A stretch of DNA of 64,000 nt from an uncultured Gemmatimonadales bacterium (GTDB lineage: Bacteria > Gemmatimonadota > Gemmatimonadetes > Longimicrobiales > RSA9). The position numbers and the translations under genes were made by a program. Of this stretch, positions 50,716 through 57,864 are shown in pieces (positions within the stretch are counted from its first letter, which is position 1; every line of letters starts with the position of its first letter). A model generated the notes under the pieces. It had not been told where the DNA came from and did not search any database. It saw only the letters and a list, made by a program, of their open reading frames with translations. The DNA is taken from contig CAVUKA010000001.1 of the NCBI GenBank assembly GCA_963741945.1, positions 800,001 to 864,000 on the forward strand. The letters run 5' to 3'.

Positions 50716-50936
50716 CCGTACTTCTTGTACAACCGCTCCCGGACTTCCTCCCAGGGAATAGCAGAATCCGGGTCCGCTTCATGTTCTGCCAGCCTACGGT
50801 CCAGTTCCGCCTTCTGGGCCTCAGTTAATGGATAGGCGTCCGCGTCCGTAGCGATGCTGTCCCACAGGTCCTCCACCAACTGAATCCGCTCAGCGACCGA
50901 CAGCTTGAGCAGTTCCTCGATTGGTACACTCGACAT
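50712..50936 (-). CDS. Addiction-module antitoxin (TIGR02574-like)
   Basis: LS..ERIQLVEDLWDSI...LT..QK.ELDRRL......P...IPWEEV; AAGGAG RBS. Confidence 0.9.
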   Translation of the reverse strand: MSSVPIEELLKLSVAERIQLVEDLWDSIATDADAYPLTEAQKAELDRRLAEHEADPDSAIPWEEVRERLYKKYG

Positions 50937-51002
50937 CCGCAAGCTCCTTCCCTGAAGTCCCTTGCTCCTAATCTGCTACAGAAACGCCGAGTGGAACATG
51001 GG

Positions 51003-51153
51003 GGTTAACGTTTCCAGGTTGGCGACCCGCCGCGCCACAGCCTCCAGCGCTCGAACGCCTTCGAAACAACAACAATCTCACCAGCTTCATCACGGCTGCG
51101 GCGGGTTCTCCGGAGCTCGCGCAGCGAGCGGAGGCGCCAACCGTTTGTTATCC
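51003..51153 (-). repeat. attC-like site 4 (151 bp)
   Basis: GGTTAAC-GTTTCCA-GGTTGGCG-ACCCGCCGC...GCGGCGGGT-[51107-51134]-CGCCAACC-GTTT-GTTATCC. Confidence 0.92.
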
Positions 51154-51700
51154 GAAGCCCCACGGCGATGACCCCTCTTCAAGGCGCCCCGACTAGGCGC
51201 ATGAAAGGACGGAAAGCCGATTGCACCAGACGCCAGTAATACCCAAGGTCATCGGGCGATATCGACCAAGCGATCGTAACGAGTACTCCGATGGCGGTAT
51301 GGACCCAGGTAAACTTGCCTTGGCGCCTGGCTGTTTCTGCAAGGTAGTCTAACCTCCCACTGATGAACTTCTGTTGCTCCTCGCCTAACGAGTAACTTTC
51401 AAACAGTTTGGCCTCAAGTTCTTCAATTGAGTTGCGGATTTCGTCAGCTTCCTCAGCAGAAATCGGAGTGTCCTCAATCTCCTCTCTCGGCGAGAGCGTG
51501 AAGGATTCTTGGTATCTGGCCAGCTCCGTCCAGAGATCGCGGCTTTCCAATTCAAGCTTGAGGCGGTCGGCCCAATTCCAGCACAACTGCTTCTGCCCCT
51601 CCCAAGTTCCATTGTACACTTCTTCGATCCGCTTCTTCTTGTGGGTCCTCTAAACTATGTCGCGGTTTCTCTCTAAACTTTGTCGCGGCAAGGGCGTGAG

Positions 51701-52480
51701 CTAAGCGGCTTCAGAGTCAGGGGCCTCCTCCTGCTTATGGTGGCGGGTGCGGTAGGAGCGGCCGCGGAGCACGAAGTGGGTACCGCGCTCCAGGAGCCGA
51801 TCCAGAATCGCTTCCGCGAGATCGGCATCATGCAGCACCTGACCGAGGGCGGCCAGGGGTTTGTTGGTGGTCACGATCATGGGCCGGTGCTTCAGGTAGC
51901 GATCGTTGACCACCCGGTAGAGTACGTTGGCGGCATCGGCAGCGTAGCTCTGATAACCGAGTTCGTCGATCACCAGCACGTGCGGATGGACGTAGGGCTC
52001 GAGGGCTTCTTCCAGCCGTCCCTCCGCGGCTGCCTTCGAGAGGGCGCCGATCAGCTCGTCTGCGGTGGTGAAGCGGGCGTCGAAGCCGTTCTGGATGGCC
52101 CGATAGGCGATGGCCACGCCCATATGCGTCTTTCCCCGACCGGGCGGCCCCGTGAAGATCGCGGACCGCCCCTCGCTCACGAGCTCCGGCCCCAGCAGCG
52201 TGCCGAGCATCTGAAGGCGGACGCTGGTCTGGAAGGTGAAGTCGAATTCCTCGATGGTGCGGAGGAAGGGAAACTTCGCTTTGCGGACGTATCGGGTGAT
52301 CCGAGTCTGCGCCCGGTGGGCGATCTCCTCGGCGCAGAGTAGCTCGAGAAACGTGCGGTAGCTCATGCCCTCGTCCTCGGCCCGGATCACCAGGTCCGGA
52401 TAGAGGCGTCGGACCGTGGGCAGGTGAAGACGGTGGAGCATCGCATCCAGATCGTCCAGCGGCACGGGAGTGCTGATCAT
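51701..52480 (-). CDS. istB: IS21 helper ATPase IstB
   Basis: GPPGRGKTH Walker A, LVIDELGY Walker B, AILDRLL, G.SYR. Confidence 0.95.
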   Translation of the reverse strand: MISTPVPLDDLDAMLHRLHLPTVRRLYPDLVIRAEDEGMSYRTFLELLCAEEIAHRAQTRITRYVRKAKFPFLRTIEEFDFTFQTSVRLQMLGTLLGPELVSEGRSAIFTGPPGRGKTHMGVAIAYRAIQNGFDARFTTADELIGALSKAAAEGRLEEALEPYVHPHVLVIDELGYQSYAADAANVLYRVVNDRYLKHRPMIVTTNKPLAALGQVLHDADLAEAILDRLLERGTHFVLRGRSYRTRHHKQEEAPDSEAA

Positions 52481-53883
52481 GAGGCCGCCTCCTTCGCCAC
52501 GAGTCCCATCACGTACTCCGCCCCGATCAGGCGCTGAAAGAGCGCTCGCTGGAGCAGCCGGAGGAAACGCTCCTGGCCCACCTCCTCCAGCAGGGCGAAG
52601 AGCCGCTCGACGTCTCCTTTCCAGGTGTAAGGACGAGAGTGGATGAGTTCGGTCAGGTAGCCCTCACCGATGGGCCCCAGCTCCAGGATCCGCTCCCGCA
52701 TGAAGTAGAGGCGCTTCCGGGCGCCGGCCACGGCCGCCAGCTGCTCCGCCCTCTGGCCGGGCAGGTAGCTGGTAGTCCCCACTTTGGGAAAGCGTGGGTG
52801 GGTGGCCTCGAAGCGGGCACCGGTCGTGACGATCCGGACCCGGTCCGGGTACAGGTGCAGCGTGGCCGGAATCCCGCACGCCCCCGCCGGCATAGCGTAG
52901 CGGACTCCCTGGAAATCCACGAGGGCCGTGGGACCCACATGCACGGCGTAGCGCAGCCCGTATTCTGTGGGCGCAATGGCCAGCGGCTTCATGCGGGCCT
53001 GTTCGGTCACGAGCCGGAGCTTTGGGATCTCCTTCGTGGCGCGGGACGGCCGCTCCTCATTCACCCCCAGCAGCCACTCAAGGAGCTGACGGGGGAGGTC
53101 GTGATCGAGATCGGCGAAGCGGCGGGCTCGGAAGAAGCTCCGCTTCACCCAGCCCACAAGATTCTCCACCGAACCCTTCTGCTCGGGACTCCGCACCGCG
53201 CACAGCTCGATGGTGAAGCCGTAGTCGATGGCCACCTGCGCCAGGGTCGAGTTCCAGATCGGCCGGTCGCCGTCCCGGCCCACCACCACGGTCTTCGGAT
53301 TGTCGAAAACTACCCGGAGCGGCACGCCCCCCGAGTGCTCGAAGGCCGCGAGCAGCGCGCGCACCAGCGATTCGATCCGCTCGTCCGGCACGATCACCAC
53401 CCACACCCACCGCGAGTACTTTAGCCGGAAGGCCGCGAAGTGGACCCGCTTCTTCCGCCCGTCCAGCAGCCGGACGTCGGCCTGCCCGAAGTCGAACTGG
53501 GCGAACTCCCCCGCTACCCCCTCGAACCGCACCATCAGCTCCGCCGGCAGCTTCCCCTTCTCCAGCCGAAACACCCGATAGAAGGTGCTCTCGGCGAGCT
53601 GAACTCCTTCGTCACGAAGCAAGCGAAGGTACTCCAGCGGTGGAGCTTCCGGATCCTCCGCGATCAGATCCACCAGCCGCTGCTTCACCGCTGACCTCAC
53701 TGGCGGTCGGCCCACACCACGGCGCCGCCGCTCCGCCACGTCATCCCCGTCCTCTACCAGCGGCTCTTTGGCGATCCGCTGGATCGTCCGCACGGTGACG
53801 CCGAACTGCTCCGCAATCTGCTTCTTCTCTTCCCCCGCCTTCAGCAGAGCATGGACTGCATGTCGATCAATCATCCTGAGCAT
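52477..53883 (-). CDS. istA: IS21 transposase IstA
   Basis: N-terminal HTH; RFE...GE.AQFDFG, GGVP...FDNPK, P.QKG.VE..V. Confidence 0.95.
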   Translation of the reverse strand: MLRMIDRHAVHALLKAGEEKKQIAEQFGVTVRTIQRIAKEPLVEDGDDVAERRRRGVGRPPVRSAVKQRLVDLIAEDPEAPPLEYLRLLRDEGVQLAESTFYRVFRLEKGKLPAELMVRFEGVAGEFAQFDFGQADVRLLDGRKKRVHFAAFRLKYSRWVWVVIVPDERIESLVRALLAAFEHSGGVPLRVVFDNPKTVVVGRDGDRPIWNSTLAQVAIDYGFTIELCAVRSPEQKGSVENLVGWVKRSFFRARRFADLDHDLPRQLLEWLLGVNEERPSRATKEIPKLRLVTEQARMKPLAIAPTEYGLRYAVHVGPTALVDFQGVRYAMPAGACGIPATLHLYPDRVRIVTTGARFEATHPRFPKVGTTSYLPGQRAEQLAAVAGARKRLYFMRERILELGPIGEGYLTELIHSRPYTWKGDVERLFALLEEVGQERFLRLLQRALFQRLIGAEYVMGLVAKEAAS

Positions 53884-54251
53884 CCTCCCCGCCCTCCGAT
53901 TCTCAGAGCCCTGAGCCCTCGGAACGGCGGCATTCTACGCTGTGGATGCCCTCAACTGCGACATAGTTTGGAGAGAATCAGCGACAGAATTTCGGGAACT
54001 CACACTTCTCGCCGGGGCAGAATCGAGCCCAATCTTGGCCCCGGAGGTAGTCAAACTGGAAGTAGAAGTCCGGGTCCGTTTTCAGCACCAAGCGGGACAC
54101 CCTCTGTTCTGAACCGTGGAGACTGGCGACCTCCATCCACTCGAGTCGGGCCGGGTCGAGCCCCGCCCCTTCGACTACCTCGAAAATCTCGTTCTTTCGA
54201 CTAGTTAGAAGAACTTGATTCATCGCACTCCAACGCGTGTGCAGGGGTTTC

Positions 54252-54403
54252 GGATAACGTTTCCAGGTTGGCGACCCGCCGCGCCACAATCTCAAGCGCG
54301 CCACCGCCTCCCAAACTCCGACCTCGTCACTAGCTCCAGTGCGGCCGGCGGCGGGTTCTCCGGAGCGGCCGAAGGCCGCGTAGGCGCCAACCGTTTGTTA
54401 TCT
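54252..54403 (-). repeat. attC-like site 3 (152 bp)
   Basis: GGATAAC-GTTTCCA-GGTTGGCG-ACCCGCCGC...GCGGCGGGT-[28 nt]-CGCCAACC-GTTT-GTTATCT. Confidence 0.92.
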
Positions 54404-54426
54404 GACGTGCGCGCCCTCGAGGGTGA

Positions 54427-54678
54427 CTATGGCGTGGGCACCGAGGAGACATCTTTGTAGAGCGCGTCTGGAGCGAGATCGATATCACCTGGCCAAGTGA
54501 CGGTACCACTCTCCGGATCGACGCTCACCGAATTGAAGACGCTCTGATCCCGCCAAGCCGCGAACACGCCCTTGCCGACGAGTCCCGAAAGGTCCACCTC
54601 CCCTTCAGTGCCATCGGAGAACCGGATCCAAAGCCGGTAGTTCGGCCGCGTCTTCGCCTGCTCGATTCGATACAGCAT
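54427..54678 (-). CDS. DUF2442 family protein (putative antitoxin partner of DUF4160)
   Basis: Y.L...FSDG..G.VDL.....GVF....D...F..V......TV.WP...DLAPD.LY. Confidence 0.85.
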   Translation of the reverse strand: MLYRIEQAKTRPNYRLWIRFSDGTEGEVDLSGLVGKGVFAAWRDQSVFNSVSVDPESGTVTWPGDIDLAPDALYKDVSSVPTP

Positions 54679-54686
54679 TTTCGCCC

Positions 54687-54947
54687 TCAGTTCAGAGGAT
54701 CGATCTTCCCGGGCGCCTCGTGCGCCTGCGCTCGCCTCCACGCCTCCGCCAACTCCCTCTGGTGCAAACTGGCCCATTCCATCACCAGACCCAAGGCTCT
54801 CGGCGGCAAACTCCCTTCCAACACCGACAGATCCTCAATCCTCACCAGAGCTTCCGCTCCGCCGTACCGCGCATGGAAATGCGGCGGCGCGTGGTCGCGG
54901 AAGTACATGTAGATCGAGATGCCGAAGAACTCCGAAACCTTTGGCAA
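54687..54947 (-). CDS. DUF4160 family protein (putative toxin)
   Basis: MP..S.FFGI.IYMY..DH.PPHFHA.Y, G.LP..AL.LV.EWA..H..EL...W. Confidence 0.88.
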   Translation of the reverse strand: MPKVSEFFGISIYMYFRDHAPPHFHARYGGAEALVRIEDLSVLEGSLPPRALGLVMEWASLHQRELAEAWRRAQAHEAPGKIDPLN

Positions 54948-55012
54948 TACACCTCCGCCTCTAACGAGATCTCCGGCATCTTCGAAACTACCGCGAAGCC
55001 GAAGCGCATGTC

Positions 55013-55167
55013 AGATAACGTTTCCAGGTGAGCGACCCCGCTACCACGACCTCACCTGGCGCCGCCTCCTTCGAAACTTCCCGACATCCTTTGAGCAGCG
55101 CCAGCACCTGTCCGCGGGGTACTCCGAAGCGACCGAAGGGAGCGAAGGCGCTCACCGTTTGTTATCT
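55013..55167 (-). repeat. attC-like site 2 (155 bp)
   Basis: AGATAAC-GTTTCCA-GGTGAGCG-ACCCCGC...GCGGGGT-[28 nt]-CGCTCACC-GTTT-GTTATCT. Confidence 0.92.
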
Positions 55168-55574
55168 GAAGCCCCGTTCCCACCCGTCGGATCAGCTCGG
55201 ACCTGCGGGGGCTCACTGGAAAGTGGCTGGTTCACCAGATCCCAAGCCACGTCAATAAACTCCACTTCGAACCAGCGGTTGAACGTCTTCCAGTCCCGTT
55301 TCTTCGGCCATAGCGCCGGATCTGTATACCAGCTGTCGAGAGCGATCTCGAACATCAGATCGAAGTTGTCCCGGATCCAGGCTTCCGAATCCGGCGTCAT
55401 GTCGAACTGCGGGATCAGGAACGCCTCCACGGCCTTCTCCGCGACTTCCTCACTCACCGGCGGTCCCGGTCCCGGGTCCGCCTCCCGCACCCAGTCGACG
55501 AATGGCTGCTTCGGCCGCAGCACGACGAGGCCACGATTCAGGAACCAGATCTCCCCACCGTCAGTTTCAGCCAT
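55152..55574 (-). CDS. Hypothetical cassette protein (NR...V.RPKQPF.DW family)
   Basis: 140-aa ORF filling the cassette; FE..L..W..D...WP..R....F..WF.V.F motif; stop codon lies inside the att site. Confidence 0.75.
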   Translation of the reverse strand: MAETDGGEIWFLNRGLVVLRPKQPFVDWVREADPGPGPPVSEEVAEKAVEAFLIPQFDMTPDSEAWIRDNFDLMFEIALDSWYTDPALWPKKRDWKTFNRWFEVEFIDVAWDLVNQPLSSEPPQVRADPTGGNGASDNKR

Positions 55575-55594
55575 CCGCTTTCCTGAGGGGTTTC

Positions 55595-55744
55595 AGATAA
55601 CGTTCAATGGTTGGCGACCGCCGCGCCGAACCTCCAGCGCTCTTCGATCTCTGAATCCAAGCAGCCCTTCCAGCATCAGCACACGGGCCGCGGCGGTACT
55701 CCGGAGCGAGCAACGCGAGCGCAGGCGCCAACCTAGTGTTATAC
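55595..55744 (-). repeat. attC-like site 1 (150 bp)
   Basis: AGATAAC-GTTCAAT-GGTTGGCG-ACCGCCGC...GCGGCGGT-[28 nt]-CGCCAACC-TAGT-GTTATAC. Confidence 0.92.
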
Positions 55745-55780
55745 GCAGTGCCCGCGCTGGGCCCTGGCCCGACCGACTCC

Positions 55781-56392
55781 TCAGCGCTTCCGTTTGAGCG
55801 TGCCCCACGCCGATACGAGCATCAGGTCATGACCAGCCTGGGCGAGGCTGAACTCTTCGGGATCGAATCCGTCTCCGAGCCATTCGATCTTCTCCCGCAC
55901 CCACTCTTCGAGCTCACCGATTGGAGTCCCGAGTGCTGCTAGCATTTCGGTATAGGCGTGGGGTCCACCGCAATCCTCTGGAGGGCCCCGACGAGCCCCC
56001 GCGACGACCATGGGCAGCCAGTCGAGGTCCGGATTGCCCTCCGGCTCCTCGATTTCTACAACGTGCCGCCACTCATCTCCCCAGTCGTACACGTACTCCA
56101 GCCGATCACCAGGGCCGAGGCCCAACCGGTCGAGACGCGCCTTGGTCGAATCCAAGCCCTCGGCCTCGTCATCCGGTGCCTCGTAGTGTTCCTCACCGAC
56201 CTGGAAGCTGTAGAGATGGTAGTCGTACCAGTCGAACAACAACTGGATGATTCGATGCAATTCGTGCAGGGTCGTCCGTTTCGGGAGCAGTACACGCCGC
56301 CAGATCCGGGGCTCGATGTCCTCGAGATAGATCTGCACCTGAAAATGGTCGTGGTCTGTCTTCACACGATCCGCCCGACGTGGCTGAATCAA
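55781..56392 (-). CDS. Plasmid pRiA4b ORF-3 family protein (first cassette)
   Basis: P.IWRR..LP...TL.ELH.IIQ..F.W...HL..F, Y.YD.GD.W.H.V..E, G.R..PPEDCGG; alternative start GTG at 56365. Confidence 0.9.
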   Translation of the reverse strand: MIQPRRADRVKTDHDHFQVQIYLEDIEPRIWRRVLLPKRTTLHELHRIIQLLFDWYDYHLYSFQVGEEHYEAPDDEAEGLDSTKARLDRLGLGPGDRLEYVYDWGDEWRHVVEIEEPEGNPDLDWLPMVVAGARRGPPEDCGGPHAYTEMLAALGTPIGELEEWVREKIEWLGDGFDPEEFSLAQAGHDLMLVSAWGTLKRKR

Positions 56393-56425
56393 GCTCTTTC
56401 CTCCAGCAGAAGCATGTCAGGCCAT

Positions 56426-56454
56426 TGCGTATAACTACTGCGTTATACTGCGTT
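56426..56454 (-). other. attI-like primary recombination site
   Basis: GTATAAC-TACTGC-GTTATAC perfect 7-6-7 inverted repeat (56429-56448); no att hairpin; TGCGTATAAC matches the far end of cassette 1. Confidence 0.75.
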
Positions 56455-56456
56455 CC

Positions 56457-56470
56457 CGAACTCGTGTTCG
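56457..56470. promoter_or_regulatory. CGAAC-N4-GTTCG palindrome (matches the Gram-positive-type LexA box; could instead be an accessory recombinase site)
   Basis: CGAACTCGTGTTCG, 8 bp from the attI-like site. Confidence 0.4.
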
Positions 56471-56670
56471 GTAGGATGTCGGCGGGCCGGATGTTTGCGC
56501 CGGTCGTTCGGGAAAGGTCCTTATCAGTTGTCGGAGCCACCCACCCCGGCCGCCTGACCCGAATCATCTCTATTTGGGGCCATTCTTGTTCAGAAGCAAT
56601 GACCTTGTACAGGGGCTCCGCACGGCCGTTTGCACGGGGCTGATTCGAGCGGCCGACGGCCGCTTCCCCC

Positions 56671-57771
56671 TCACGCTGCGTCCAGCGGGTTCACGATCCG
56701 GGTCAGGTCGCCGCGGCTGACGTGGGTATAGATCTGGGTGGTGCGGGGGCTCGTGTGGCCGAGGAGCTCCTGGATGTGGCGGAGGTTGACGCCGGCCTCC
56801 AGGAGGTGGGTGGCGAAGCTGTGGCGGAGGGTGTGCACGGTGGCGTGCTTGCGTACGCCGGACCGGGCCAGGGCGCGCTCGAAGATCTTCTGCACGGACC
56901 GCGTGGTCAGATGGCGGCCGGGCCGGCCCCCGGGGAAGATCCAGTCGTCGGCGTGGAGGCGGGCAACGACGGGCTCGAGGGCGGCGGCCGCGGCATCGGC
57001 CAGCAGCGTGTAGCGGTCCTTCCTCCCCTTCCCTGCGCGGACACGGACCAGCCCTCGTCCGGAATCCACGTCGCCGACCCTGAGGCGTACCACCTCGCTG
57101 ACGCGGAGGCCGGCGGAGTACGCCAGTATCAGGGCCAGACGGTGCGTCGGGTTGGCGGGGGCGTCGAGGATGCGGCGCACTTCGTCGCGGGAGAGGACGG
57201 CGGGGAGCTGGCGCTCCCGCTTCGGGCGGCGGATCGGGTCCAGCGCGAGCGGGCGGCCGACGAGCCGCGCCAGGAGCCGGATGGCGCTGATCGCCTGGTG
57301 CTGGTAGGAGGTCGACCGGTCGTCGGCCTCGAGCCGGAGCAGGTGAGCGCGGACGTGCTCCGTCGACAGCTCGGTCGCGGCCTTCGGGAAAGCTTCGAAG
57401 AACCGACGGACGTGGCCGACGTAGTTCGTCCGCGTACGGGGGCCGTAGCCCTGGAGCCGGAGCTCTTCCGAGAGGCGCTGGAGGAGCGCCGCCGCCGGAT
57501 CGGTGCCGTTCGCCCGGCGAAACGGGACGCGGACCAGGTGCATGAGACCGGGGTCGACGCGGAAGCTCGCGTCGGGCGCCCGGAGCAGCGCGTTCAGCGC
57601 CTCCTCGGTGCGCGGCAGCAGCCACGCCGATCGGCCGGGGTCCCAGTGCCGGCCTGGGATCGAGCGGACGTGCCCGACCAGCCCCGCGTCATAGGGGAAC
57701 CGGACTTCGATCCGCGTTTCCGCGTCCATGAGCCAAACAGAGGTCGCCATGACCGAGTCTGAACCGGCCAC
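56671..57771 (-). CDS. Integron-integrase-like tyrosine recombinase lacking the IntI insertion, with an extra N-terminal HARP-like domain
   Basis: Intact catalytic residues: GLRVSE, GKGRKDR, HTLRHSFATHLL, LLGH, TQIYTHV; SAM-like core-binding domain (LRLQGYGPRT..NY, STSYQHQA.SAI); start may be 57729-57771. Confidence 0.9.
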   Translation of the reverse strand: MAGSDSVMATSVWLMDAETRIEVRFPYDAGLVGHVRSIPGRHWDPGRSAWLLPRTEEALNALLRAPDASFRVDPGLMHLVRVPFRRANGTDPAAALLQRLSEELRLQGYGPRTRTNYVGHVRRFFEAFPKAATELSTEHVRAHLLRLEADDRSTSYQHQAISAIRLLARLVGRPLALDPIRRPKRERQLPAVLSRDEVRRILDAPANPTHRLALILAYSAGLRVSEVVRLRVGDVDSGRGLVRVRAGKGRKDRYTLLADAAAAALEPVVARLHADDWIFPGGRPGRHLTTRSVQKIFERALARSGVRKHATVHTLRHSFATHLLEAGVNLRHIQELLGHTSPRTTQIYTHVSRGDLTRIVNPLDAA

Positions 57772-57864
57772 CGGGGCATGGGAATGGCCGGATCGGCCAT
57801 TCTGCTCTCGGCGGCCGCGGCTCGGCCCCTCCGTGCGCGGGCTCGGCTTGGTCGCCCGCCGTGC

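Larger units (their letters stand above)
51640..54004 (-). mobile_element. IS21-family insertion sequence (2365 bp)
   Basis: TG...CA ends; ~47-bp imperfect terminal inverted repeats with internal AAACT(A/T)TGTCGC repeats; 5-bp target duplication CTTCT (51635-51639, 54005-54009); istA and istB. Confidence 0.95.
51179..54223 (-). pseudogene. 224-aa hypothetical cassette gene interrupted by IS21 (54223-54005 joined to 51634-51179)
   Basis: Removing the IS and one CTTCT copy gives in-frame ...ARFCPGEK|KRIEEVYNGTW... Confidence 0.85.

Noticed and set aside
49908-50761. ORFs running through att sites (49908-50387, 50006-50761, and similar at 46283, 50962, 54215, 54919)
   Set aside because: They are translations of the repeat itself (shared NVSRLATRR or TFPGWRPA peptides), not genes.
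49913-55744. Repeats as a CRISPR array or REP/BIME elements
   Set aside because: Units are ~150 bp, separated by whole genes, and carry cassette-specific ends; no cas genes are present in the window.
56424-56453. dif/Xer site and XerC/D identity for the recombinase
   Set aside because: ATTGCGTATAA resembles a XerC arm, but the XerD arm TTATGTTAAAT is absent and the TAA-to-TTA spacing is 8 rather than 6; the left arm belongs to cassette 1.
56671-57771. Labelling the gene intI
   Set aside because: The diagnostic IntI insertion is missing, so no gene symbol was assigned.
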